Assembly: GCA_020344335.1 (NCBI GenBank)
Contig: CP070821.1
Coordinates: forward strand, 1,277,000 to 1,340,999
Origin: Gammaproteobacteria bacterium
GTDB taxonomy: Bacteria; Pseudomonadota; Gammaproteobacteria; UBA9214
DNA: 64,000 nucleotides
Direction of reading: 5' to 3'
Part shown: positions 33,705 through 43,586 of the stretch, piece by piece
Position numbering within the stretch: position 1 is the stretch's first letter
Layout of the letters: each line of letters opens with the position of its first letter
Made by a program: the position numbers and the translations under genes
The notes under the pieces: model-generated
Told to the model about the DNA's origin: nothing
The model's input: the letters and a program-made list of their open reading frames with translations, nothing else
Database searches by the model: none

Positions 33705-34919
33705 ATGGAGACTCCCCACGCGGTTTTCCTGCTGACCGGCCTGCTGGTCCTGGCCATCGTCCTCCAGCCGCTCGCGCGGCGACTGCATATACCCCCCAGT
33801 GCTCTACTTGTCATCGCGGGATTCCTGGCCTCGGAACTCATGGTAGGAGCCGGTATCGACACCGGGGTACGCGCCGGCAACTTCCATGACCTGGTATTCT
33901 TTGTCTTCCTGCCGATCCTGATTTTCGAATCGGCGTATAACATCGATGTACGGTTGCTCCTGCGGAACCTGCTGCCGGTACTGTTCCTCGCCATTCCCCT
34001 GATGCTGCTGTCGGCATTGATAACGGCGGTGCTGGTGTATGCCGGTATTGCACATCCCGGTGGCTTTCCCTGGATTGCCGCCCTGCTGACCGGTGCCCTG
34101 CTCTCGGCAACAGACCCGGTCGCAGTGGTTGCGCTGTTCCGCGAGATGGGTGTGCCCGATCGCCTCGGCCTGCTGCTGGAGGGTGAAAGCCTGTTCAACG
34201 ATGCCACCGCCATCGTCCTGTTCGGGGTCTTTCTTGCAATGGCAACCGGTTCGGGCGGTCCCATGACCTGGACGGAGGCATCGGTGCATTTTTCCAGGGT
34301 CTTTTTTGGCGGCATGCTTGCCGGCGGTATGACTGGCCTGGTTATGGCCGCGGTAATGAAGTTGCTCAAAGACCCGGTGACCCGTGGCGTTGCAACGGTA
34401 ATCACCGCCTACCTGGCCTTCGCCATCGCGGAATCAGTGCTGCATGTCTCGGGAGTCATGGCCGTGCTGGTCGCGGGACTGGTTCTGGGACGCGGCAGGG
34501 AGAATGAAAGCTTCGTGCAGAAACTCTGGGAGTTCAATGCCTGGATCGCGAATGCCCTGGTGTTCCTGCTGGTTGGTGTGACGATTACACTGGACATGTT
34601 CACGGAACGCTGGCTGGCCATGCTGATTGGCATAGCCGGGGTGATCAGCGCGCGTGCCATCGGGATATTTACCTGCATCCCGCTGCTGTCACGCGCACTG
34701 CCTGTCGAGGCAATACCGAGGTCCTACCAGGTCATCATGTTCTGGGGAGGATTGCGGGGCGCGGTTACCCTTGCGCTGGCCCTGTCCCTGCCAACCTCCC
34801 TGGATTACTGGTGGACAATTCAATCCATTGCATTTGGCGTGGTGCTGTTTACCCTGTTTATCCAGGCTACCACGACCGGCCCGCTGATCAGGCATTACAA
34901 CCTCAACAAGAGCAACTAG
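33705..34919 (+). CDS. Cation:proton antiporter (CPA1/NhaP-type Na+/H+ exchanger)
   Basis: 404 aa, about 11 TM helices, with ATDPVAV and FNDATAIVLF motifs typical of the Na+/H+ exchanger family. Confidence 0.85.
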   Translation: METPHAVFLLTGLLVLAIVLQPLARRLHIPPSALLVIAGFLASELMVGAGIDTGVRAGNFHDLVFFVFLPILIFESAYNIDVRLLLRNLLPVLFLAIPLMLLSALITAVLVYAGIAHPGGFPWIAALLTGALLSATDPVAVVALFREMGVPDRLGLLLEGESLFNDATAIVLFGVFLAMATGSGGPMTWTEASVHFSRVFFGGMLAGGMTGLVMAAVMKLLKDPVTRGVATVITAYLAFAIAESVLHVSGVMAVLVAGLVLGRGRENESFVQKLWEFNAWIANALVFLLVGVTITLDMFTERWLAMLIGIAGVISARAIGIFTCIPLLSRALPVEAIPRSYQVIMFWGGLRGAVTLALALSLPTSLDYWWTIQSIAFGVVLFTLFIQATTTGPLIRHYNLNKSN

Positions 34920-34958
34920 TTTCAGATAGTTAGGAGTCATTCACCACAGGGCACGCGC

Positions 34959-34985
34959 GCCGACACCCGTTCTTGCCGTGTCGGC
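34959..34985 (+). terminator. Hairpin (8-bp perfect stem GCCGACAC/GTGTCGGC, 11-nt loop) downstream of the antiporter gene
   Basis: Seen in sequence 40 nt after the stop codon. No clean U-tract, although a second weak stem followed by GCGTTTTCC lies about 10 nt further on. Lies in a 305-nt convergent intergenic region. Confidence 0.25.
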
Positions 34986-35224
34986 AACGACCGGAAACCG
35001 GGCGTTTTCCTTCCCCCGGCAATGACGGAAGCGTGACCGGATTCCCAGACCCGTCACATACGGTCATCCATACTGTAATGGCAGAAATGCTGTAAAATGA
35101 TTACCGAAAGGCGTTACAGTTATTGAGGTAATATGATTATGATCGCAGGGGACCGGAGACCGAAGAACTGTCATTCATTGCACATTTCCCCTTGACACAG
35201 TGATTAGGAAACCGGTCCCTTGCG

Positions 35225-35728
35225 TCATTTCTTAAGATCCCGAATCTTTTCAAGTAACCCCTTGTCATCCCATTCACGACTGCCGATGGCCCGGTAGGCA
35301 ATCGTGCCATCCGGCGCAATGATATAAGTCGTAGGCAGGCCCTTTACCGGCCACTGTTCAATAACAGCACCATCACGGTCCATCAAGATCGGAAAATCCG
35401 CCGGATAGTCGGCCGTGAAAATAAATATCGTATCCTCATCCTCTCCCATGTTGACGGCAAGCATGGCAATCCCTTCCTTTTCAAGCACATGCCAGGCGCG
35501 ATTCATGGAGGGAATTTCTTCACGGCAGGGCGGACACCAGGTTGCCCAGAAATTGATAATGACCGGCTTGCCACGATAATCCGACAGGCGGTGTGTTTTG
35601 CCTTCAGTATCCTGCAACACAAAGTCAGGCGCCGGCGTGCCTGGCGGGATGGCCGCCAGCATCTGTTCGGCATGCGCCGGGCCGGAAACCGCGAGCAGTA
35701 TTATCAACAATGACAGAAAAACCTTCAT
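35225..35728 (-). CDS. Periplasmic TlpA-like thioredoxin (second paralog)
   Basis: 167 aa, signal peptide, NFWATWCPPCREE motif. Confidence 0.85.
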   Translation of the reverse strand: MKVFLSLLIILLAVSGPAHAEQMLAAIPPGTPAPDFVLQDTEGKTHRLSDYRGKPVIINFWATWCPPCREEIPSMNRAWHVLEKEGIAMLAVNMGEDEDTIFIFTADYPADFPILMDRDGAVIEQWPVKGLPTTYIIAPDGTIAYRAIGSREWDDKGLLEKIRDLKK

Positions 35729-35732
35729 GCCA

Positions 35733-36359
35733 TCACTTCAGCCTGTCAACATCGGGAGCGCACTCCACACCATCGATACGCCCGGAGCGAAGCGCATCAC
35801 CCTCGTTCCAGGATACCTCGAGATCAAAAACCGAACCCGGGGGAATCCCGTAGGCAGTCAGACCCCAGTTATAGTCACCGGGCAGGTACTCCTGCCGTGT
35901 CGGGAACATGCCCCAGCGGACCACGAGTTTCGCTGCATGGCTCGCCTGCTCTTCCGTCCATGTGGCAAGCCAGGATTCCTTCAGTTTGATACCTGTTTCT
36001 TTCCCGGCATGCCGCATTCGCCATCCCGTCAGATCGATCGCAACCGGCTGGCCGGTTCCCGACTTGCCGTTATTGCGTATGATCGTCTGGAACATGCAAC
36101 TGGTTGCCAGTTCCTCGATGACCTCCCGGGAAAACTCGTGATTCATGAACAGTGCCCGGGTCTGGTCCGGCAATCTTTGAATCAGCTCGATCTCGATATC
36201 ACCATCGGTAAAATGCCATTTTTTCAGGCCGGTGTCCTCGTTGACACCCTGCATGACATCTGCACGAACAAGCGCGGGCATCAGACTGCAAAGCAGGCAA
36301 AGCACCCGGAACGATTTGCCGCTATAGCGCAGCACTGGAGGGACGCGGTGCAGGACCAT
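35733..36359 (-). CDS. Hypothetical secreted protein
   Basis: About 208 aa from Met 36359 (MVLHRVPPVLRYSGKSFRVLCLLCSLMPALVRADV, signal-peptide-like). No family recognised. Sits between the secretin-N protein and tlpA-like genes on the same strand. Confidence 0.4.
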   Translation of the reverse strand: MVLHRVPPVLRYSGKSFRVLCLLCSLMPALVRADVMQGVNEDTGLKKWHFTDGDIEIELIQRLPDQTRALFMNHEFSREVIEELATSCMFQTIIRNNGKSGTGQPVAIDLTGWRMRHAGKETGIKLKESWLATWTEEQASHAAKLVVRWGMFPTRQEYLPGDYNWGLTAYGIPPGSVFDLEVSWNEGDALRSGRIDGVECAPDVDRLK

Positions 36360-36370
36360 AGCCGGTTTCG

Positions 36371-37228
36371 TCAGTTCGCCCCGCAGTCGATGCATTCCAC
36401 CTTGACCCGGATCTGCTGCGACTGCATCGACTGCTGTTGCTGTGAGCGCGCCAGGCCAGTACGACTGTCCTTGCTGGCCGAATCGATGCCTCCGAGTACA
36501 ACCCACTCCCCCAGCCTGCCGCGGACAACGCTGCCGGCCCGCTGGATCTCGAAGGTTCCGGGTATCCGCCCGGGCCGGTCATCATGCTGAAGGATCTCCA
36601 GCAGGACCTCGGTTCCACTGATACGCGGAACCACGTAAAAACCACTGGTGACATCATGCAACTCGGTACCGTGTGGATAGCCGCCGTAGACCGGAACCCG
36701 TGACCCGGCATGTATCCAGGCCGGCCGACCTTCGAGCGCCTGGACCTGCTGTCCGGCACTGCGTTCCCCGAAGGCACCATGCCTGTAGACATCGAGACGG
36801 GCACGGGAATCCTCGGCCGGGCGCCCGGGGGAATTGATGCCCACCTGTCCGTCACCAATCCTGATATCCGCCCTGCCGGAATAACCCGACGCACGACCGG
36901 CATCTTCCCCGCTATTGCCTACTGTAATAATCAGTCGCCGTGGAGGGCGGTCAATCCGGACAAGCAACTCGCGTATCTCGCGCACCCGGTCCGGTGCCGC
37001 CTTGATTACCAGGTTATTGCCCATCCCGGTGACCGTGCCATCGGGACCGACCAGCGGCCTGACAACCGGTATTACTTCATTCAGGGTGGCCGCCCGAAGT
37101 TCGATTACCTCGATCGGATAATCGGCATATACAGGAATAAAGGACAGGAAAACTGTCAGCATGCAGCAAGCCAACCAGCGACTGCGGTAATGTGTCCTGG
37201 ATGCTTTCCGGAATGGCAGGTTCATCAT
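36371..37228 (-). CDS. Secretin N-domain (NolW-like) containing protein
   Basis: 285 aa, N-terminal signal/anchor. The segment IEVIELRAATLNEVIPVVRPLVGPDGTVTGMGNNLVIKAAPDRVREIRELLVRID resembles the secretin N/STN domain. No C-terminal secretin pore domain. Confidence 0.5.
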   Translation of the reverse strand: MMNLPFRKASRTHYRSRWLACCMLTVFLSFIPVYADYPIEVIELRAATLNEVIPVVRPLVGPDGTVTGMGNNLVIKAAPDRVREIRELLVRIDRPPRRLIITVGNSGEDAGRASGYSGRADIRIGDGQVGINSPGRPAEDSRARLDVYRHGAFGERSAGQQVQALEGRPAWIHAGSRVPVYGGYPHGTELHDVTSGFYVVPRISGTEVLLEILQHDDRPGRIPGTFEIQRAGSVVRGRLGEWVVLGGIDSASKDSRTGLARSQQQQSMQSQQIRVKVECIDCGAN

Positions 37229-37361
37229 GATCGGGGCAGGCTATTCTGTTACGGACCTGACAGGCAAAGGCACTTTCATTATAACTTTGCAGGATATGGC
37301 GGTAAAATAACCGCACAACCTGCTCGAAAGCCCCACGAAAACAAACAACAGGAACTGACTC

Positions 37362-38804
37362 ATGCCGCCCGTCCCGCAGCGCAAGACCAAGATCGTCGCC
37401 ACCATCGGCCCGGCATGTGAAACCCTGTCCATGCTGGTAGCCATGATCAAGGCCGGCATGAATGTCGCCCGCCTGAACCTGTCCCACGGATCGCTAGACG
37501 AGCACCGGCAGCGAATCAATCAACTGCGCATGGCAGCCGAACAGGCGGGTACCCAGATCGCCATCATGATAGACACACGGGGTATCGAGATCCGTACCGC
37601 TACCCTGAAAAACGGCCCGGTCGAACTTGAGCCGGGAAACGTGTTCACACTGTATACCGATGAGCACGAGGGTGACAGCAAGGGTGTTTCAGTTACTTAC
37701 CGGAAACTTGCCGAGGAAGTAACTCCCGGCAGCCCTGTCCTGCTGGATGACGGTGCCATCGAACTCGAGGTCAGGGAGTCTGCGAACAATGAAATTCACT
37801 GTGTCGTCATCCATGGCGGCTGGCTTGGCGACACCAAGAGTGTCAATCTCCCGGACACGCGCCTGGCACTGACCGCCGTCAGTCCGGAAAACCGGGAAGA
37901 TATCGTTCGGGAACTGGGCTTTGCTGCAGAGAATGACGTCGATTATGTCGCCGCCTCGTTCATCCAGTCTGCCGATGACATTTACAAGATGCGCGAGATA
38001 CTCATCGAGAAAAATGTAAACATACCGATTATTGCCAAGATCGAGAACAAGGCAGGGGTGGTCAATCTGGAAGAAATCGTCGCCGCAGCGGACGGCATCA
38101 TGGTGGCGCGTGGCGACATGGGCGTTGAACTGCCGCTCGCCGATGTCCCGGCCACGCAGAAAAATATCATCCGTACCACGGTCTCGAATGGCAAGCCGGT
38201 CATCACTGCAACCCAGATGCTGGCCTCCATGGAGCATAACCCGAAACCGACACGGGCCGAGGCCAGCGACGTTGCCAACGCCATACTGGATGGAACTTCG
38301 GCCGTCATGCTGTCGGGTGAAACGGCGGTCGGCGACTATCCCGTCGAGGCGGTCAGGACCATGGCGACCGTGGCGCGCCGTGCCGAGGCTTCACTGGGAG
38401 ATTACGGTTACCTGCAGAAAATCATACCGAATCCGTCCAATATCGTTACCGAAACCGTCGGCCAGGCCGCGGTCAGCATGGCCACCAACCTGAACGCGGC
38501 CGCGATCATCTGTTTGACGGAGACGGGGTTCACATCCCGTCTTATTTCAAAATACCGGCCGGCTTGTACCATCCTGGCGATTACCTCTTCCACCGTGGTG
38601 GCACGCAAACTGTCCATGAACTGGGGGGTGATTCCCCTGCTCTACAAGGGCGAACCCTCGGATGATGCCCGCATCCAATTTGCCACGCATCGGGCCAGTG
38701 AACTCGGTTATGTCGAAGCAGGTGATAATGTGATAGTCACCGCCGGACAGCGGCAGCGAGCCGGTGGTACCGACATGATTCGCGTCATCAAGGTCGACGA
38801 GTAG
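37362..38804 (+). CDS. pyk: Pyruvate kinase
   Basis: 480 aa; KIVATIGPA start, catalytic MVARGDMGVE, C-terminal allosteric domain. Confidence 0.95.
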   Translation: MPPVPQRKTKIVATIGPACETLSMLVAMIKAGMNVARLNLSHGSLDEHRQRINQLRMAAEQAGTQIAIMIDTRGIEIRTATLKNGPVELEPGNVFTLYTDEHEGDSKGVSVTYRKLAEEVTPGSPVLLDDGAIELEVRESANNEIHCVVIHGGWLGDTKSVNLPDTRLALTAVSPENREDIVRELGFAAENDVDYVAASFIQSADDIYKMREILIEKNVNIPIIAKIENKAGVVNLEEIVAAADGIMVARGDMGVELPLADVPATQKNIIRTTVSNGKPVITATQMLASMEHNPKPTRAEASDVANAILDGTSAVMLSGETAVGDYPVEAVRTMATVARRAEASLGDYGYLQKIIPNPSNIVTETVGQAAVSMATNLNAAAIICLTETGFTSRLISKYRPACTILAITSSTVVARKLSMNWGVIPLLYKGEPSDDARIQFATHRASELGYVEAGDNVIVTAGQRQRAGGTDMIRVIKVDE

Positions 38805-38914
38805 TCCGAATTCTCACAGGATGGTGTAGAGGTCAGATTCCGGGAAAGAGACCAGCGTCATCCCGTGTCCGCAGAACCATCGACCCGTCCAGGCGACAGA
38901 TCCGGTCAAGGCGA

Positions 38915-39586
38915 TCAGCCCTGGTGCTTGATTGCCTCTACACTAAGACAGAGTTTCACGGTATCACTCACCACACTGGAAAGAGTGTCCATACCAAAAT
39001 CGGATCGGCGAATGGATGTCGTGGCCTTGAACAAGACCACGTCGGTCTCGCCGGCAAGGTCTTCGCTAATATTCGTCAGCTCTACGTCAAAGTGTACCCG
39101 CCTGGTTTCCCCGCGCAGGGTCAGGTCGCCAGTCAGGATTGCTGACCGCTCACCGGTCCATTCAAAACCGGAACTGACAAACAGGATTTGCGGAAAATTC
39201 CCGGCATCAAAAAAGCGTTTACCCTTGATAACGGAATCTACGACGGCATTGTCCGTTTCCAGGCTGGCCGTGTTCACGGCTACCATGGTCTGCCCATCGC
39301 TGCCGTCCGGGGTACCCAGCGCCAGGCCGCCCTGGAATTCCGTGAAAGTGCCGGAAACCTCGCGCAACTGGCTGTCCACGCAAAATCCGACTCGCGAGGA
39401 ATCCTTGCGTATGCGATACAGGTAGCCGTCATCGGCCGCAGACAACATACGGCTGACCAGGGATTCCTCCACCACGCCATCCTGGAAAGGCGAACAGAGG
39501 TCATCTTCGACAGCCATGGCCGGCACTGACACCAGCAATACCGATATGACCAGAGCCAATCGTTTCGGCTTTTTGATCAACAACAT
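38915..39586 (-). CDS. YceI-family periplasmic protein
   Basis: 223 aa with signal peptide and YceI-like lipid/polyisoprenoid-binding beta-barrel pattern (GTFTEFQGGL... LTLRGETRRVHFDVEL). Confidence 0.8.
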   Translation of the reverse strand: MLLIKKPKRLALVISVLLVSVPAMAVEDDLCSPFQDGVVEESLVSRMLSAADDGYLYRIRKDSSRVGFCVDSQLREVSGTFTEFQGGLALGTPDGSDGQTMVAVNTASLETDNAVVDSVIKGKRFFDAGNFPQILFVSSGFEWTGERSAILTGDLTLRGETRRVHFDVELTNISEDLAGETDVVLFKATTSIRRSDFGMDTLSSVVSDTVKLCLSVEAIKHQG

Positions 39587-39744
39587 AATATATGCCTCAT
39601 CATGTATATATTATTAAATAATAATATACCTATTGCTATATCTGTCAAGTCAAAAAGCCCGGTGTACAAAGGCTATTTTTGTTTGTTTAACAAAAGTTTA
39701 CATTTTATTGTTTGACCAGGCCGGTCAAGTGGAGTGTCCGCTGA

Positions 39745-40686
39745 TTATCCCGGTTCGTTGCCCGCACCGGATTTATGGGCTGCCTTGAGCACGAGCTCGG
39801 CAACCACGGCACGATGGTCCGATACCACATCGGGTAACCTGCGATAGGAGCGGAACTCGAAATCGGCGGATACCAGGATCCAGTCAAGCCGCCGGTTCAA
39901 TCCCGGAAACGTTTCGAGTCCGGGATGCCCCGGCAGATAGATTTCCAGCTCCAGTGCCTCGCTGAGATAGCGTACACTGGATTGCCCGTCCTGCCAGTCG
40001 GAGTTCAGGTCACCCATGATGATGACCGGACGATTGCGCTCCCGCAATACGTCGATCAGTTCTCTCGCCTGTTTTCTGCGCGCTGCTTCACTGGAAAAGG
40101 CCAGGTGTACCGAGACGACGTCGACCTCGACCTCAGGCGCTGCCGGCCAGTTGATTGTGGAGACAACAAATCCCTTGGGTGTAAGGGAGTATGCCGGGTC
40201 AAAGGTTATCGCCTCGGCTGTCCGCAGCTCCAGTGTCGACATCAGGGCTGTCCCGTAGGACACACCGATGCCATCGGCATGCCTGCCATGCACATGCTGT
40301 TTGAAGTTGCTGGTATCCGCAAGCCAGGCGATGTGATCCAGTCCCCCGCTCCAGAAAGACGGTGCGTCCGCTTCCTGGAACGCTACCACGTCCGGGCGCT
40401 CGTTACAGAGCAAATCAGAAATCTCGTGAAGGTTGTTCAGGGTTTCGGCATCATCCAGCAGCAACTGGTGAAAACTGCTACCACGCCCGTGCGCAAGATT
40501 CAGCGTCATGACCTTGATTACTGCCTGATATGTCGCCACGGGTTCTGTTACTGCAGAGTTACCAACCTGCGGATAACTGCGCAGTTGTGCCGTGGTGCAG
40601 GCCTGCAACAACAGCAGAGACAGTCCCGCCAGCAAGGCCCCGCCTCTCTGCCATGCATCCCCGTGGTCATGCTTACCTGCAATCAT
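39745..40686 (-). CDS. Endonuclease/exonuclease/phosphatase (EEP) family lipoprotein
   Basis: 313 aa, lipobox LLLLQAC, EEP motifs (VMTLNLAHG, VVAFQE, GDLNSD, SDHRAV). Confidence 0.8.
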   Translation of the reverse strand: MIAGKHDHGDAWQRGGALLAGLSLLLLQACTTAQLRSYPQVGNSAVTEPVATYQAVIKVMTLNLAHGRGSSFHQLLLDDAETLNNLHEISDLLCNERPDVVAFQEADAPSFWSGGLDHIAWLADTSNFKQHVHGRHADGIGVSYGTALMSTLELRTAEAITFDPAYSLTPKGFVVSTINWPAAPEVEVDVVSVHLAFSSEAARRKQARELIDVLRERNRPVIIMGDLNSDWQDGQSSVRYLSEALELEIYLPGHPGLETFPGLNRRLDWILVSADFEFRSYRRLPDVVSDHRAVVAELVLKAAHKSGAGNEPG

Positions 40687-41093
40687 TGTGTGGCGGCCGC
40701 TTTTCTGCTGCGATATTCGAACAATATCCCGGTAAGCCAGTCACCGGTTGCCAGCTCGCGCCCGTCCTCCTCCACAATGGTGTACAGCTTGCCGCTTGCC
40801 AGGCTGCGCGTGGCGGTCAACCGGATAAAATCATCAGCCGACTCGATGTCATCACGAAAGTGTTCGAATTTTCTGCGCATGTGAGCGGCTGCCTCTGTCG
40901 CAGTATAACGACGGCCATTCCGCAGAAAAGTTAATCCGGACTGGCTGACATAATCCAGCAAATAGTCGATTGTCTGCTGCAGCGTCGTTTCCCGGGGTTC
41001 TGCACCGGCGCCGGCGGCTAGCAGCAACAGCACGGCAAACAGGACAACGTTGCGGCAAGTAGCAGTCTGTCTCATTGGCTTATGATTGTTCAT
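40683..41093 (-). CDS. DUF5329-like secreted protein
   Basis: 136 aa with signal peptide; family assignment by resemblance only. Confidence 0.45.
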   Translation of the reverse strand: MNNHKPMRQTATCRNVVLFAVLLLLAAGAGAEPRETTLQQTIDYLLDYVSQSGLTFLRNGRRYTATEAAAHMRRKFEHFRDDIESADDFIRLTATRSLASGKLYTIVEEDGRELATGDWLTGILFEYRSRKAAATQ

Positions 41094-41235
41094 TCAAACA
41101 GGCACGGGCCCGGCAGCATCCATAACCAGCGAGGTTGCACCCCGGACATTCCGGTATTCTCGGTCATCTTTGGAACAGACCCTGCAGCAGCAATTGCACA
41201 CCGCCCGCAACGAGGATGAAACGGTGACGAAACGG

Positions 41236-41862
41236 TTACCAGTAGGCCAGCAGCTGGTTGTCCTCGATCTTGTGCTCGAATTCGTTGAGCGGCCGGTTAC
41301 CCGTTTCCACGCATTCGCCGGTTGCCACGTCAAATGCCCATTTGTGCTTCGGGCATGTAAGGCGCGTCCCTTCCAGCGACAGGTGCGGGATATTGGTCAC
41401 CTGGTGGGGGCAACGGCTGTCATAAACGCGCAGGTTGTTTCCCTCACGGTAGATGAACAGGCTGCGCCCGTCGCAGTCCTTGTAGCTAATCTCCTTGGAT
41501 GCAATCTCATCCATGGAACATACGCTGTGCCAGGTCGGCTCGGCAAACAGATTTTCGGGACGAAATTCCGGGATATCCATATCCAGCAGGATATCCACTG
41601 CCCACACGATCTTTGCCAGTCCAAGCGTCGGAAAAGCCATCAGCAGTGCATCGAGCACCTCGTTGGGACTTGCCCCGTTGTGCAATGCCCGGCTCAGGTA
41701 CTGACGGAAACCGGCCTCGGTCTGCGCATCCACCTTGGTAATCACCGAGATCAGGTCACGGGTACGCGTGTCCAGGTTCTTGCCTGCCTCTTTCAGGAAT
41801 TTGAAGTAGGGGCCGATCGCGTCCGGCCGCGCGGCAACCAGGTAATTCAGGGCATCACTCAT
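41236..41862 (-). CDS. Carboxymuconolactone decarboxylase (AhpD-like) domain fused to a Rieske [2Fe-2S] domain
   Basis: 208 aa. N-terminal CMD/AhpD-like helices; C-terminal CPH-x16-CPKH Rieske ligand pattern (CPHQVTNIPHLSLEGTRLTCPKHKWAF). Confidence 0.75.
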   Translation of the reverse strand: MSDALNYLVAARPDAIGPYFKFLKEAGKNLDTRTRDLISVITKVDAQTEAGFRQYLSRALHNGASPNEVLDALLMAFPTLGLAKIVWAVDILLDMDIPEFRPENLFAEPTWHSVCSMDEIASKEISYKDCDGRSLFIYREGNNLRVYDSRCPHQVTNIPHLSLEGTRLTCPKHKWAFDVATGECVETGNRPLNEFEHKIEDNQLLAYW

Positions 41863-42033
41863 ACAGTTCTCCAGTCACGGTATCCAAGCCGGGCAATAGT
41901 AATGGCTCCGTTGCCCGGAGTACACCATATCCCCGCGAACAGCGCGGATGAATAGCCACACGTGCTGTGTACTGCAATTGCATGCCGATTTCTGAGAAAA
42001 TCGCCAGCTTCCCTGACTCGGAATACGGCAGCC

Positions 42034-42258
42034 ATGACCCGGAACGAAGATGAACTGACAGCGCGCATCGAGATGCTGGAAGCCCGGCTGATGCACCAGG
42101 AGGCCGCTCTCGATGAACTGACCCGGACCTTGCTGGCACAGGAACAACTGATCAGGCGCCAGGGGGAAATCCTCCGCAGGCTCGAGGCGCTGGTGCAACG
42201 CCTGTCGCCGGCAGATCTCGCGGCAGTGGAAGACAACAGCCCCCCGCCACATTACTGA
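42034..42258 (+). CDS. slyX: SlyX-family protein
   Basis: 74 aa coiled-coil MTRNEDELTARIEMLEARLMHQEAALDELTRTL...; the ORF at 41962 has an unlikely N-terminal extension. Confidence 0.8.
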   Translation: MTRNEDELTARIEMLEARLMHQEAALDELTRTLLAQEQLIRRQGEILRRLEALVQRLSPADLAAVEDNSPPPHY

Positions 42259-42492
42259 TTCACCCCCCATCCCGGATCACTGCAGCTGCCAGCAAGGACA
42301 GGGACCGCCCTGTGCGGTGTCGTGCATGTCTGCCCTACCGGCCAGCGGCAGGCAGAGCTATCCGCTATCTAATTGTTTTGGATAGTTTTTTCAATTTTGT
42401 TCGACGTGGTTCCGGGCTCAAGGTTCGAGGCTACGGGCCGATGATATAGCTGTTATGAAGTGACTGTTCGCGGCATCAAAACCGGATAGCTT

Positions 42493-43368
42493 ATGCATAC
42501 CTTACTTTACATATCCCAGGCTCTTGGGCTGGTCGCCCTCTTTTCGTTGATCTGGCTCATCATACGCGCCTTCAAAAAACACATCCTGTGGGGACTCGCC
42601 GTCTTGTTGCTGTCCCCGATCAGCGCGCTGTTTTTCGGTATCAAGTACTGGAGGGACGAAAAGAAGCCGTTCCTTGCCTACATGAGCTCGTTTGGGGTCG
42701 CGACTGGTCTGGCGGCGTATGTGTTCACGGCATGGGGGGGCTGGGAAGTTGTGAACACGGCACTCAATGTCAACGAGGGGATCCACTCCGAAAAACTGAC
42801 GGAACAGGAGGCACTCGACTTCATGCATGCAAACCTCCGGTTTCTCAAGCATGCCAGCCCCAACGAGGAAGATCGCAGGAATGTGGAAATGATGCAGAAG
42901 TTCCTGCAGCAGTACGAGTCGGGAATGTCCGATGCCGACAGGAAAAAAATGCAGGAAGAAATCATCAACATGATGGAAAACGAGGATCTGAGTCCGGCAC
43001 AGCGCCGGGAACTGAAACACCTGCGCAAGCAGCTGAACTTGAGCGAAGCGGAAAGCACCGCGAAAAACCCGGAGGTCGCCAAACCCACCCTCACCGAGGA
43101 CGCCAGCCGCACACTGTCCAAGCGACCCAGCACCAGAAAAGTGAACTACCGGGCTGATTACCAGGAGATTGAAATCTCCGAAGCCGGCAAATATATAGGG
43201 AAAACCTTCAAGGTCACCCGCAAGAACAGCGACGAGCGCCAGTGCAGGCTGATTGGCAGTTCACCAGGCAGACTGCGGTTCGAACAGCGGGGTCGTGGCG
43301 GCACATTCACCTTTGAATACAAGCACAGTGATATCGAGAAACTGAAACTGCTTGCCAGCCTGGAATAA
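42493..43368 (+). CDS. Hypothetical membrane protein (3 N-terminal TM helices plus charged coiled-coil C-terminal domain)
   Basis: 291 aa; no recognisable family. Confidence 0.45.
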   Translation: MHTLLYISQALGLVALFSLIWLIIRAFKKHILWGLAVLLLSPISALFFGIKYWRDEKKPFLAYMSSFGVATGLAAYVFTAWGGWEVVNTALNVNEGIHSEKLTEQEALDFMHANLRFLKHASPNEEDRRNVEMMQKFLQQYESGMSDADRKKMQEEIINMMENEDLSPAQRRELKHLRKQLNLSEAESTAKNPEVAKPTLTEDASRTLSKRPSTRKVNYRADYQEIEISEAGKYIGKTFKVTRKNSDERQCRLIGSSPGRLRFEQRGRGGTFTFEYKHSDIEKLKLLASLE

Positions 43369-43586
43369 CCTGACCAATAGGCTGCCGAGCGGCATACACT
43401 CTCACCACCGTATTGCAGCTGATCCGCCGGCCTTCCGGTCAATCCCCCGGGATCGTTCCGTTTTCCGTCATGAGCGGCGGGTGCATTTGCCGTGGTTTTC
43501 AGCAGACGCGCCCCCGCAGGCTACATGTTCTGATATCCGTCTATACTTAATCTGTCACAGATCCCTGTGGCCGCACGGATCGGCAG

